DNA of 64,000 nt from an uncultured Actinomycetes bacterium (GCA_963802395.1 CAWDIP010000005.1:851363-915362), one strand, 5' to 3'; counted from the first letter of the stretch, positions 50,457 to 63,810 are shown. Translations and numbers: made by a program. Notes: generated from the letters alone by a model not told the origin.

Positions 50457-51688
50457 TCAGGACAGATGCTGCACCGTTGCGAGGAGCCGGTCGAGTTCGT
50501 CGGTGGTGTTGAAGTAGTGCGGCGAGGCGCGCACGACCTCGGCGAAACCCTTCGCATCCATGTCGAGCGCAGCCCACATCGCCGTCGATGCGTTGATGGT
50601 GATTCCTTCACGCTCAGCGGCCGCGACGATCTTGGTCGGGCGAACCCCGTCAACGGTGAACGTCACGATCGCGCAGCGCCGTTCGGCAGTGTCGGCGACC
50701 GTCACCCCGGGCAGATCGTCGAGCCACGTCGTAGGTAGTCGGCGAGGATCTGAACTCTGCGCTCGATCGCGTCGATGCCCACAACACGCGCTTGTGCTGC
50801 GGCCGACGCAAGGCCCACCATCGCGGCGTAGCTGACTTCGTACTCCTCGAATCGCGCCATCCCCGGACGGGTCTCGAGCCCCGAGGCCGGCGACCAGGAG
50901 GTACTGGTCGCATCGACTCCCGGCGGTCGAAAGCGCTCGACCAATCCGGCATCGACCCAGAGCATGCCTGTTCCACGGGGAGCACGAAGGAACTTCCGGC
51001 CGGTCGCGGTGAGCACGTGACAGCCCAGTTCGGTCACATCGAGCCGCATCTGACCGAGCGCCTGGCAGGCGTCGACGAAGAGCGGAACGCCGGCCGTCGC
51101 CGCACGTACTCCGAGGCCGGCGATCGGATTGACACTTCCGCAGTGCGTGCCGATCATGGTGGCGCAGATCACGCTCACGTCCGGACCGATCTCGAGCGCG
51201 TCGAGATCGATCGTGCCGTCGGCGAGCGCCGGCATCACCTCGATGTCGAACTCGGCGATGCGCTGGGTGCTGGCGAGGGCGGCGTAATGGGAGTGATACA
51301 CGAGTCGATCGACGAGCACCGTGCTACCGCCGGGAACGTTGTCGCCGACCACCCAACCCCACCAGGCCTTGACCCACGCCACGCTGTCGCTCGAGGTGAG
51401 GGCGATCTCGGATGGCTGCGCCCCGACAAGCGCGGCCAGGTCGACCCGGCCCTGCCGGAGGACATCGACGACTTCGTCGGCCGCCGAGTATCCACCCACC
51501 TCCGCCTCGCGGCGAAGGTGACCGATCACGGCATCGAGGGTCTGCTGCGTCGGTAGGGATGCACCGGCCGACAGCAGGAACGTGCGCCCATCGCACCCCG
51601 GAGTGGCGGCACGGGCCGCAGCTACATCGATCTGAGAACCTTCCACAACGGCAATCCTGCCAACCGATGGACATCGCTGCGAACCCAT
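50457..51688 (-). CDS. class V aminotransferase-fold PLP enzyme (cysteine desulfurase / epimerase-like); one frame disruption near 50700
   Basis: A 328-aa ORF (DACQALGQMRLDVTELGCHVLTATGRKFLRAPRGTGMLWV carries the PLP-Lys region). It continues in another frame with AERRCAIVTFTVDG...HYFNTTDELDRLLATV. Confidence 0.65.
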
Positions 51689-51785
51689 TCGCCCACCCAG
51701 CGTGCACCCCCCTCACGCAACGTCGATAGGCCTGCTACGATCCGTAGTTGCACCGGAGAATCGGCATGCGACCGGGTCGGCCGAA

Positions 51786-54333
51786 ATGCTGCTCCGGAAT
51801 GCTCGTGGGGGGCCAGGTGCGACGGTGCTGAGCATGACCGGCTGGAAAACGACGGTGACCGCCAGGTCTGAGCTCAAGAACCTGGCGAAGGCCGCCGAGC
51901 TCTACACGCGCGTTCGGGTACGGACCGACGGGACCAGTGTTGCCGGAGCGGGTGACCCCGACCCGATTCACATGTTCAAGCTGTTCAACCTGTCGGGCGT
52001 CGACTACAAGGGGCAACTGTCGAGCGGCTACGGCGCGGGCGGGTTCGGCGTCAACGTCACGACCGGAATCGATCTCGGTTCGGTTCTCGGCCCTGGTCTC
52101 ATCACCCTCAAAGCGATCATCAAGGGCGGCGGAGTTCGAGCGGATCACACGCTGCTCGTCTGCACCCGATTCCCCATGGCGCTGTACGAGAACTCGATCA
52201 CGAGCCTCGCACTTCCGCCCGGCGTGCCGCGCTGGAGAACTTCGAAACCGCTCGTCCTCGCCGTGCTGCATGGTGTCGCGTGGCAGGGAACGCTCGAGAC
52301 GAACGCGACCGCGGCCATCGGGGTTCCCGATGCCATCCAGACCGACGAGTTCGGACTCGGCATCGCTGCCGAGGCATCGGCCACGGCCATCGGCGACGTC
52401 CGCATCGTCGCGCTGGTCGACCGTAACGCCCGCGTCTTCGACGAGCGCCCGGGCTCCAGCCGTGTCGTCACCGCAGGAGCGGGCGCCGCCACGGCCTACG
52501 ACGGCAGCCTCGCCGAAGCCGTCGACTTCGCCCTCATCGGCGATCTCAAACAACGTGTGGCCCGCTGGATCATCGCGAGTTGGGCGGAGCGAGACTTCAA
52601 CCATCGCACACCCATCGTCATCGAGCTCCTCGTCGTCATCGAGCTCCTCGTCGTCATCGAGCTCCTCCTCGTCGAGCGGGTCGGCGCGGATGCAGCGCAT
52701 CCGCAGAGATCTTGCGGAGTTCGGCATCGGCTCCGACACCGACCCGGAGACGAACGCGGGGGATATGGACGCTGCGGAGTTCGAAGCCTTCGAGGTCGAT
52801 GACTCGCGTCCAGGCGAGACCGCGATCGATGAACCCGGAGCCGAGGAGCCAAGAACCGACGACGAGAGCACCTCGTTCCTCGGCGACCGCGCCAAGTCGT
52901 TGCTCGGAGACAAGGCCAAGTTGATCGAGTCCGAACCGGTCAAGGACGCCATCACCAAGGTCAAGGAGTGGTTTCGCTCGAGGAAGGGGACAGAGAAGCT
53001 GCAGTCGAGGCTCGACGACCTCAGGTCTGTCCTCGTACTCGAACAGGACTCCGCCGCCCACCTTGCCACGCTCGAGCAGTTCAGCCAGGCCCTGGGCGAG
53101 CGCGAGATGGCGAAGGGGAATGCGAAACGGGCGGCAAGAGCCGCAGGCGGATGGAACAACCTGGTCAAACGGATGAACAGCTCCACCGCCCCACCGGCCG
53201 TCCTACGACTCAGCTCGCGCACGTTCACCGGCAACCTTCATGGCTCCACCGGCATCGAGATCGGCAGCCTCAAGAAGCAGCTCGATCTCCACGGCGAGGG
53301 AGACCTCGACTACCTCCGCAAGTGGGTGAAGTACCGCTTCCAGATCCCGGCCGCCAAGGGCCGCGACCACCTGGTGATGACCCAGGACACCGTCGTCAAC
53401 CATCACCTGTTCACCGCCAAGGTTGCCGGAAAGGCATCGTTCGGCGACCGCTCCGTCAAGCCGCCGGTAGACGACGAGAAGGAGGCCGAGGCGCAGGACG
53501 AGGAGAAGGCAGAGGACGAGGAACAGGCGCCCGACAAGAAGGAGCTGGGATCGGGTGGGCGGTCCAAGACCTACGGCACCATCACCTATCGCTCGGCGAC
53601 CACGTACTGGCTGGCGTCGGACAAGTCGACACTGGCGTACCCGAATGGCAGCGGTGTGAGCTTCGGCCTTTCGATCAGCGCCGACCGCCTGCTCGACTAT
53701 GCCGCCTGGTGCGCGGCGCATCCCGACATCGGGCCCGATGACGACGCACTGAAGAAGACCGAGGGCTACCTCTCGTCGCAACTCCGGGTCGAGACCGCCT
53801 CGCTTCGCAAGTTCTTCGCCCGTTTTCAGTTCGAGGCAGGCCCGAAGCCCGACACGGACGGCGAGATTTCCGGCAAGCACCTACCGGAGGTCGCCCGGCC
53901 GCTGCTGGTGGAGTCCTCGTTCGCATTTCGTGAGACGACACCGCTCGTGATGCGCCCGGGAGCGCGACAGGAACCGGAGGATCTGTTCGAGAAGCATCAG
54001 CCGACCAGGGACCGTCTGGAGAAAACCGATCCAGGTGAGCTGGCGAACTCGTCGCTCCAGGCGCTGCGAATCCGTTACCCGCTCGGCGAAGCGGAGAACG
54101 CCACGAAGCTCTATTCGATCGGGATCAACTTCCTGATCGTCGCGTCGGTTGCGGCCGGGCGGGTCAGCGAGGTCGGCTCGGTCGGTTCGTTCGACCTCCA
54201 CACCGAGTTCTTCCCCGATCTGATCAAGGCGCCACCGGCCGACAAGACGGCGCGGCGCCAATGGGAACGCGACTACGTCTCGCAGTTCGAATTCGCGGTG
54301 CCACCGGTCGCATTGTTCGGCGACACGTCGTGA
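51786..54333 (+). CDS. large hypothetical protein A (~850 aa as reconstructed): N-terminal beta-rich domain, poly-Ser linker encoded by an 18-bp tandem repeat, acidic disordered region, C-terminal helical domain; no family recognised. A frame change lies inside the repeat.
   Basis: Frame 1 reads coherently 51786-52620 (...LIGDLKQRVARWIIASWAERDFNHRTPIV). Frame 2 reads coherently from the poly-Ser through 54333 (SSSSSSSSSSSSSSSSSGSARMQRIRRDLAEFGIGSDTDPE...FEFAVPPVALFGDTS). The start codon choice (ATG 51786 or 51834) is uncertain. There are no enzymatic or NTPase motifs. Confidence 0.5.
52613..52672. repeat. 18-bp tandem repeat CATCGAGCTCCTCGTCGT x3 (plus partial unit); encodes poly-Ser in one frame, IELLVV in another, and DDEEL on the opposite strand
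   Basis: Direct repetition seen at 52619-52636, 52637-52654 and 52655-52672 (the third unit has one substitution). It coincides with the frame switch in protein A. Confidence 0.7.
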
Positions 54334-57300
54334 GCTACGACACCATCGTCAGCGACGTGACCACGGCACTCGGTGACCTCGGTGCGGCCTTCGACGTCAC
54401 CGCCGACGGGTTGCGCCTGCGAGAACCCGTTGGTGGGGCCGACCTCGTCGCCCTCATCGGCGGCGCATTCGGTCGCCCGCAGCTCGTGCCGGACTGGATG
54501 CCGTCGGGGGTCCAGCTCGATGTCTTCGCGATCTCCAAGGCCGGTGAATCCGTCGACCTGCACGTCACCGCCAGCCACCAGGGAGTGTGGAAACCGTTCC
54601 CCGAGCTGACCGTGACGACCTGTTCGATCACCCTGGTCGAGGCGAACGGAGCGTTTGCGGGGATGGTTCGCGGCGCGGCGATGCTCGAAGATCTCGATCT
54701 CGAGCTCCTCGTTCAGTTCGAGGTGCCGTCGGAGGTCTTCCTCATCGAGCTGTCCTCGCCTGCCGATGCCGACCCGGCGGGCGCACAGAAGATGCTCGAC
54801 ACGCTCGGGATGGTGCACCACACGAGCCCTGACGGCGGACCGGTGCTGGTGGACTTGTCGCTCACCGGTTCGATCGCGCTCGGCACGTATGTGATCCATG
54901 TCGAGGCGGCAGATCTCCTGCAACTGCCGGCCTTGACGATCGCCCGGGTGATCGCTGACGCCCGTTTCGGGGATTCGACCAGTGTGTCGGTGTTCATCGA
55001 GGCCCTCGTCGGCGACGGGATCGACATCGAACTGCTCGGCGAGATCACCGCCGACGGATGGCTGCTGCGCGGCGCGTTGAGCCTGCCAGGCGAGGGTTTG
55101 AGCATCGGCGCGTTCGCCGCCTCGCTGGCCGGTGGTGACCCGCCTCGGCTCCCCGAGATGATCTCGTCGCTCGCCCTCGAGGAGGTCGACATCACCGTCG
55201 ACACCGCGGAGCACCTCGTCGCGTTCCACTGCCGGTTGACCTGGGAAGGCAACCCACTCGACGTCGCCATCGAGCACCGGCCCGACGGGTTCAGCGCTGT
55301 CGGCAAGCTGCATGTCGGCGACTGCGAGTTCCTCGTCGCCTTCGACTCCGATGAGAGCGGGGGCACGCTCGTCGGCGCGTTCTCGGCCGCCTCGGGCAGC
55401 CCGCTGTCGGTCGCTCACCTCGTCCAGGCGCTGGGCACCTCCGACCAGATTCCCGGCGCCGAGCAGCTGCACATCGAGATCGAGGACGCCGCCATCGCCC
55501 ATGGTTCCGTTGCGGACCAGCCGGGCGAATGGCTCCTCGGTGCCGACCTCGGGCTCGGCCTCGACCTCGCTGCGCTCCGGGGACTCCCGCTCGTCGGGGG
55601 AATGCTTCCGGCCGGCCAGTCGCTGAAACTGGCATTCGCTGTCGGGGCCAGGAGCGACTGGAGTGAGGCTCATCTCACCACCGTCACCGGACATCTCCCT
55701 GCGGCGTTCGCGGTGCCGAAGGTTGCCGACACCCTCACCTTTTCGGGCGTCCTCGACGTCGGCGGCGACCCGATCCACCTCGACTTCCCGGCGCCCCACG
55801 AGAGGGCGCTGCCCGCAGCGCAGCAGCCGCTCGCTGCTCGCGAGAAGCCCGCGACCGGCCCGGGCACCAGGGCCGGCAACGCCGACACGGCCGGCCCCGG
55901 GGCGCCGCGGCCCGCCACCGACTCGATCAGCTGGCATGCGGTCGACCGCTCGTTCGGTCCTGTGCACATCAGCCGCGTCGGGCTCGGCTGGGACGGTGAT
56001 GCGCAGGAGGTTGCCATCGCTCTCGACGGCTCGCTCGGCCTGGGTGGCCTCACGCTCTCGCTCCAAGGATTCGGCGCTCACTACCGCCTCGCCGAGCACG
56101 ACCTGCACGTGACGCTGTCCGGGCTCGGCCTCGATTTCACCAGCGGCCCGGTGGAGCTCTCCGGCGCGTTCCTGAACGTCGACGGCGACTTCGAGGGCAG
56201 GGTGCTGATCCGCACCGAGCAGGCGACCATCACTGCCCTCGGTGCGTTCACGACGATCGACGGTGCCCCGTCGATGTTCGTGTACGGGCTGCTCGACTAC
56301 CCGCTCGGCGGGCCGCCATGCTTCTTCGTGGAAGGCCTCGCGGCGGGCTTCGCCTACAACCGTGAGCTCCGCCCGCCGACGCTCGACGGGGTGCGAACCT
56401 TCCCACTGGTCGTCGACGCGATCGGCGCCGCCGGCGGGAACACGACGCCGACCGACCCCGGCGCCCAACTCGCGGCGCTGCACGAGTTCGTCCGTCCGTC
56501 GCTCGGCCAGAACTTCCTCGCCGTCGGGGTGAAGTTCAACTCGTTCAAGCTGATCGACAGCTTCCTGCTGCTCGTCGTCAGCTTCGGGAACACGCCCCAG
56601 ATCGATCTCTTCGGCTCGTGCACCTACCAGTCGCCCCCTGGCGAACTGGCAGAAGGTACGCCGGCGCTCGTCCACGTCGGTCTCGACTTCGTCGGGCATC
56701 TGCCAGTGGAAACCGGTGAGCTGCAGATCGAAGCCAAGCTGACCAACGGCTCATACGTTTTCGACCCGAAGTGCGTCATCAGCGGCGGATTCGCGTTCTA
56801 CAGCTGGTTCAAGGGTGAGTACGCCGGCAGTTTCGTGCTCTCCATCGGCGGCTATCACCCGACGATCCACCCTGAGACGCGAACACCGCGCTGGCCCATC
56901 GTCCAGCCGCTCACCCTGCGGTACAACCTGAGCGACGAAGTGTCGATCACCGGCAGCGTGTACCTCGCCCTCGCCCCCTCGATGATCATGGCCGGGTGCG
57001 CGGTCAACGCCACCGCCAGCATCGGTTCGGTCGAAGCGGGCTTCTCGATGAGCCTCGATTTCCTCGTGATCGTGGGAGCCGTACCACTACTCGATCGACG
57101 CCCACCTCGACATCTACGCGCGCTGGAAGTGCTTCAGCACCCACGCTTCGGCGACCCTGTCGATCAACGGCCCAGAACTCGCCGGGTACGCGCGGGTGAG
57201 CTGGAGCGTGTTCGACTTCGACATCCATTTCGGCACCTCGAGGAACAACGGTCCGACGCCGATCCCGTGGGACGGCGAACGCGGCTTCCAGCCGAAGTTC

Positions 57301-57930
57301 CTCCCCGACCCAACTGCGATCCATTCGACTCGCTCCGTCAGCGGGATGGTTTCGATGCTGGTGCCGGACGGGTCGTCGGGCACTTGGTGGGTGATCAATC
57401 CGTCGGAGTTCGCGATGGAGGTGTCCACCGCGATTCCCGCCGGGCGGTGCACGTTCGGCGACACGTGCATGACCAGCGATCGTGACCCGATCGGGATCGC
57501 CCCGATGAACCGGCTCGACGGGGTGACCTCAGAGCTGCGCGTCGCGGTCCAACGCCGCATCGAGGCGACGTGGCGAGATGTCTCCGACGAGTTCAGCACC
57601 ACTGCCGTTCACAGCCGCTTCCCGTCGGCCCTCTGGGGCACGACGTTTCAACCCACGCTCGATCAAGTCGGCGACACCGTCTCGGCAATCGGGGGCCTGA
57701 TGATCGCTCTCGGCCAGGGGATGCACGTCCAACGTGGCAATGCCGAGCCTCGGGGGATTGCCGGCTTCGCCGACGGCAACGTGATCGACCTCCCGCGCCA
57801 ACCGTGGCCCGACGTCGGCGATTGGGCACTCCCCGGTGACGTCTCCGGAGTGCCGTGGTTCAGCGACCACCTCGGCGATCTCGGGTTTTCCGCCGCGCGA
57901 TCTGTCGGTCGGTCCCACGTTCGGCGATGA
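54330..57930 (+). CDS. large hypothetical protein B (~1200 aa; Gly/Leu-rich DLGLG-type repeats, beta-rich); one frame disruption near 57065-57085; no family recognised
   Basis: GTG 54330 overlaps the TGA of protein A (GTGA). A coherent ORF runs to ~57070, where the translation degenerates into Arg-rich junk. A coherent continuation sits in the adjacent frame (EPYHYSIDAHLDIYARWKCFSTHASATLSINGPELAGYARVSWSVFDFDIHFGTS...) through 57930. Confidence 0.55.
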
Positions 57931-57978
57931 CATCCCGTTCGAGCGTCCGGGACTCGACAACCAGGGGCAAGGCTGCTG

Positions 57979-59908
57979 ATGCCGGACGAGGACACGCCTG
58001 CACCGACGAGTTCGCTGGCCCCGCCGATGGGCCCCGACGACGTCATCCGCTTCCACGCGAGCCATCGTCCGCAGCTGCTCGACGGCGATTACCGGGTGAT
58101 GGTCGTCCACCTGCTCAGCGAAACGGCCCGGGACCCGCAAGGCGACAACGCCAGGGATGTGACCACCGAGCATCGCTTTCCCCAGGCGACCGGGGCCGAG
58201 ATCGACGGCTTCGGCGACGCTGATGTCGGCCAACACTTCTGCGTCGCCGGCCCACGGTTCAGCCTGCAACCGTCGGAGGTCCACTCCGTGTACCCCCCGC
58301 CGGGCACGAGCGGCGATTTCAGCAACACGTTTCCGCACGTCGTGTTGACCAGACCGACCTTGCCGTGGGAGCGCACCGCTACCTACCGGGCCGAACCCGA
58401 TCCTTCCCAGCGTGACGACACCGGCGCACCGTGGTTGGCGGTGCTGCTGTTGGAGGACGGCGAGATTGCCGAACCGGCCAATCGGATCACCGTCCATCAG
58501 ATCACCGTCGGCGACTTCTTCACCGGGGCGGCCGGAATTGCGCCGCCGCTGATCAGGCCGGCAACGTCGGATGACCTCGCCGATCCGATCCGGGTACTGG
58601 ACATCAACCTCGGCTTGATGTCCAGCCTGCTGGTCCCTGCCGCCATCCCGTGGCTCACCCATGTCCGAACGATCGGGCCGGCGCATGACGCCGCCGATCG
58701 CGACGTCGAGTCGGCCACCGTCGTCGCCAACCGGATGATCCGGCCCGGACGCCGCTACGAGGCGCATCTCGTGTCGATCGAGGAGTGGATCGAGGACGAC
58801 CTCTGGCGGCTCAGCGACCATGACCTGACGGTTCGGATGGTCAGCCTGCACAGCTGGACGTTCGGTTGCGACGATGGCCCGAGCTTCAAGACCGAGGTCG
58901 GCAACCTGAGGGCCCGGCGGATGTCGTTGGACAGCTCGAACAAGGGGCTGTCCGCGCCGTATCTCGACCGCGGCTTCGTGCCGCTGCGCCACGAGTTCCG
59001 CAATGGCGACCGGGCAGTGTCGTGGTACCGAAGCCCACTCTCGCCGTACGGGGCAGAGACGATCGACGTCGACGAATCGAATTGGTCGGCCGTGCGATCG
59101 TCCGACGCGCTGCGGCGGTTCGACCGGGCGTCGGGCATGTACGACGTCAGCTACTCCGCCGCCTGGGAGCTCGGCAGGCTTCTCGCCCTCCATGATCCAC
59201 TGATCGGGCTCCGCCTTCACCGCTGGAAGCGGGATCACGCCCGGCACGAGCAACGCACGTCGGTGCTCGGCGCCCACCGGGACCTGCTCCTCGCTCCCCA
59301 CGAGCCGGTCGAGCCGGTGCTCGATACCGCCCTGACGAACTGGTTCATCACGCAGCTGCACCGGCTCGGGTCAGTGCCCTACCGCTATCTGGTCCCCGAC
59401 GACGACCTGGTGCCGACCCGAGCAACTGCAGTTCTTCACGGTCGATCCGCTCTGGATCCGTTGTCTTGCCGACGGGGCGTTCAGCGTCGGACGGATCAGC
59501 CAGGCCGACGCCCAACGGGACGACCTCCTGGCGGAGCTCTTCCTCGCCCCAGCGTCGCAACTCCACGGATTCATCCTCCGATCGCGCATCCTCGTCGACT
59601 ACCCGGGATTGATGATCGACGCGACCGGGCCCGACGGGCTTCCCGCGGCGATCGCCCGCATCGCCCATCTCGCCCCCGGTCTGCTGATCGCACTCTACGA
59701 ATCGTCGATCGGTCAAGTGTCACTGCACCTCCACCCCCAGGTGGTCCATTTCGAACTCCCCGACGTGGAGCTCTGCGGGTACACCAATTCTGATGGAGTC
59801 GTCGATATCAGTTCGCTCACCGCGGCCGCCGGCAGCACCGATTCCGGCGAGCTCGCCTGGGTGTTGCAGGCGCCGATGCACCGCGCCCGATTCCACGTGG
59901 AGGCATAG
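57979..59908 (+). CDS. large hypothetical protein C (~640 aa); one frame disruption near 59410; no family recognised
   Basis: ATG 57979 with an upstream AGGGG. Coherent to ...YRYLVPDDDLVP, then the continuation is in the adjacent frame (EQLQFFTVDPLWIRCLADGAFSVGRISQADAQRDDLLAELFLAPASQLHGFILRSRILVDYPGLMIDATGPDG...FHVEA) ending at TAG 59906-59908. Confidence 0.55.
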
Positions 59909-62900
59909 GTGACGACACACATCTTCGTCCCGCTGCGGGTCGATGCGCTGGCGACCAGCCGGCCGATCTCGGTCGTCAGCCCGACCGCCGACGTGACGTC
60001 GCTGCCCTGGTTCGACGGCACCCGTGATCGCTTCGCCGAGATCCCCAACGTCGCCAGTGCGATCAACACGGAACCCTTCGCCGACCATGCTTTCCGACTC
60101 GAATCAGGTGTCCACCTCCACTGGACACTCCCCGAAGGTCTCACCCGTGGCGCGGCCAGGCGCGCCTCGAACGACAACGACATCAGCGAGACGGACATGC
60201 CTGGCGGGGTCGACCTCGGCGACTTGACGATGCCACCCGCTCCGAACCGTTGGCTGGTCCGTCGCCGATCGCCGTCGCCGGCCGAGTGGTTGGTGGAGAG
60301 CGACTATGTCCACGATCGCCACGATGAGGCCGGGCGGGGCTCGATCGCCTTCCAGCTGATCGGTCAGCCGTCGACTTTGGCGAATGGGGAGTCACCGCCG
60401 AGTCCGCCGTTCGTCAGGATCGGCCGGGTCACCCCGCTCGACGACACGACGGTCGCCGCTGTTCTCGGCACGGCCGAGCAGGTGGGGGACGCGTACCTCC
60501 CGGACATCGATCGACCGCTCACCGCACTCGGGCATCACGATCCGACATTCGCTGCGCTCTACCCCAACTGTCATGGCGTGTTCGGGTTGCACGACGAACT
60601 GCACATCTCGTCGGCGAGCGGTGGGGGCGACATCACCTACGACGTGCTCGGCTGGTATGGCGGCGGCGCGCAGGATCCGCTGACCGCGTTCCTCGAGCGC
60701 GAGCTCTTCGTGCTCGACATCGACGCGGTCAAGGCAATCGTCAACCGTGAGCGAGCCACTCACCGACCGAAGCCCCTGCCGCCCCTTCCCGACGGCGACC
60801 CCACCGATGCCGAGTTCGGCGAAGCCCTGAGAATCCGGATCCGGCAGCGATTCGGGTGGCACCTCGACGACATCGCCACCATCGTGCCCGACCGACACGT
60901 GGCGCACCCTGTGCTTTGGCCAGGTCGTCGTCTCGCCGGAAGGATGGCTCCAAGCCCAGCCGAAGTCCGAGATCACCTCTGCCGCGGTCGCAGTCGGCAA
61001 CACGACGGCCGAAGCGGTGGCTGCGTTCCTGGCCGCCCGTGGCACCGACTCGGTCGACGCCGACGTCGAGCGACGGATCACCGCGCTCGAACTCGCCAAG
61101 CCGATCCTCCACGAACATCTCGACTTCGGAGCAAAGCTCGGAGCAGCCCACCACTCAGCCCGCTTCACGCCCGTGTCCGGACACCGTGTCTGGACCTTGC
61201 GGCCTCGCCCCGCCACCCCCGTCGTGGAACGGACGGGCTACGAGGAGGCCATCGGGCTGCCCGCCGATCTCGCACTCGATCTCGACCAGCTCAATGTCGA
61301 CCAGGCCCAGATGGACGCCTACGCCGACGATCTTCGCTCGCGCTGCCAGGAGTTGTTCGCTGACTGGCATCGGCTGATGGTCGCTACCTATCCGCCGCGT
61401 TCCACCGATCCGATCGGCATCGACCTCGCCGCCCTCGGCAACTACCTCGTGCGCAACCATCTCGAGCCACTCGAGGCCGATCGGGCGCACGTCGCCTCGC
61501 TCGCGGATCGGGTGGCGAACCGCTGGTGGCGGATCACCCGAGACCTCGACGCGTACAACGCGACCGCGCGAGCCAATCGATCAACTCGGGCTCGAGACAT
61601 GTCCCGGGCCCCGGTACTGGCGGCCGAACGATCCCGTCGTGCTGCTCGCCGGAGCCGATGCGGTACCGCCGACGCGCCACGGCGTCGATCTCGTCGACGG
61701 TGCGCTGCCATGTCGGTGCGGATCGATCTGGCCGGAGTTGCACGACCACGACACCTTGTACCCGTGGGACGACCCCGACCCGGCGTTCATGATCGCCCGA
61801 TCAGCGGTGACGACACCGCCATGGAACCCGCTCCTGATGGAATGGGAGGTCGAGGTCCTGGCCCTTGCAGAGGGGTGCAACGGACACGCCGGCGACCCGC
61901 GATTCGACCCCTCGCCATACCAACGGTCATTCATCACGACGAACTTCGACCTGCCCGTCGGTCAACCCGACCTTGCGCGCCGTGTCAGGTTCGGACTGGC
62001 GGCCAGTGGATTCGAGTATCTCTCCGGCCGTTCGATCCTCCACCCCGGACCGGTGAGACGACTCGCCGACCTGCTCCAGGCGGCCGACCCCGACAACGAG
62101 TTGCTCCTCGATCTCGAAGCACTCGCCGGCGCCGTTGCCCAACCGCTGGTCGGTTTCCACGAGGGACTGCTGATGCGCCGGGCGGAGCCGCAACTCGCCA
62201 TCGAGGACCCGCTCGGGTTCGCCGACAACCAGGCGCTCGCTGGCCGGGTTCGCGACGCGGTCGGTGACGTTCACCCGGACAGTCCGGTCGCCGGCGCCCC
62301 GTTCCACCCGATCCGCACCGGCGAGATGGTCATCGAACGCCTCCGGCTGATCGATTCGTTCGGCCAGACGCGCGAATGGCGTCCTGAGGCTGTGCTCGGC
62401 TCGTCTGCGATGGGAGGTAGTGCCGGGGGCGATCGGGTGAGCCTTCCGCCCCGCATCACCCAACCGGCCCGAGTGCACGTCCGATGGCTCGCAGCGGAGC
62501 ACGACGATGTGACGGTCAACGATCACCCGGCTACCACACCGATCTGCGGGTGGTTGCTCCCGAACCTGCTCGATGAAGCGATCGATGTCTATGACACCGC
62601 CGGCAGGTTCGTCGGACTGATCGACGGCGATGGTCGATGGCGGCCGGCACCCGGTCTGTTCGGCGCACCTCGGGGTCCTGACGAGATCGACAATCGGCAC
62701 CTGGCGGAGGTCGTGCGCTGGTTGCTCTCGACGATCCGCTCACCGCACCCCGAGCAGGAGGCGGCGCTCGGTCTCGAGTCGCCGGCAACACCCGACGTCG
62801 TGATCGGCGCTCTGATCGACCACATCGAGACCGCGCTCGACACCATCGAGCCACTGGACGGCGCCGGCCACCAGAGCCGGGCACTGCTGATCGGCCGACC

Positions 62901-63810
62901 GATCGCCGTGGTTCGCGCCCGACTGGATCTGCAGTTGCTCGGACGACCCGCGTGCGACCAATCGTGGGAGCATCTCCGCCATCGCTTGTTGGGCAGGCCG
63001 CCGAGCGATCACGGCTTCACCGAGGTCGAATTCGCGGTGCGGATCGGTGAACACCAACAGTCGAACGATGGCACGGTTGGCTATTGGGTGACCGACGGCG
63101 CCGGGCGACTCACCGGCCGGCACCTGCGTTTCACTCACGACGAAGGACCCCCGACCGCGATGCTCACGTTGGCGGGAGCCCCGATCGACCTCACCGTGCT
63201 GCTCGACCCGCGTGCGGTGATGCACGTGACGTCGGGCGTGCTGCCTACGACATCGATCGGGATTCCTCCCGCACTGTGGGCCCCGGCGCTCGATGGCCTG
63301 TCGGCGTCGTTCCTCTCGGCGCCGATCCTGATGCCTGCCGAGGAGATCGCCGTCCCACTGCCTCGCGAGCCGAGCTGCTCGTGGTCCTGGTCGCAACGGG
63401 TGGGCGGCCGCTGGATCGAGGTGGCTGACCGGCCGACGGTGGAGTACTCGGCGATGCTCGACGCCTTCCCGGAGCCAGGCAGGGCCCAAGCGGTGTGGCA
63501 GACTGCGCTGCGGACTCGAGTGCTCGAACCCGACCCGACCCACCCTGCTCGTGCGCTGTTGTCGCTCGACGCGTCGAACATGCCGAAGGGGTCGGGCGCC
63601 GACGGCCCGAAGCCCGCGACACTCGACGAGGACACGCTCCACGCGCTCCACCGCATCGCCACCTACATCCGCCCGGCGCTCATCGAGGCCACGTTTGGCA
63701 AGCCGGCCGTGATCCGCGAGGGTTGGCTGCAGCTACGCAGCACCTTCGCCGACGGCACCCGAACGCCGCCGCATGCCCAAACGGCCAACGACTCATCGGA
63801 GGGTTTGTGA
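59909..63810 (+). CDS. large hypothetical protein D (~1300 aa); frame disruptions near 60900-60935 and 61555-61570; no family recognised
   Basis: GTG 59909 follows the previous stop immediately, with GGAGG 5 nt upstream. There are three coherent frame segments (59909-~60920; ~60900-~61560 including AAFLAARGTDSVDADVERRITALELAKPIL; 61560-63810). No Walker or HExxH motifs. Confidence 0.55.

Noticed and set aside
54273-59361. 808-aa and 610-aa minus-strand ORFs inside the giant-protein locus
   Set aside because: Their translations are Arg/Gly/Asp-rich low complexity with no coherent motifs. The plus-strand frames read as real proteins and show start/stop coupling. It remains worth confirming by expression data, since the locus is novel.
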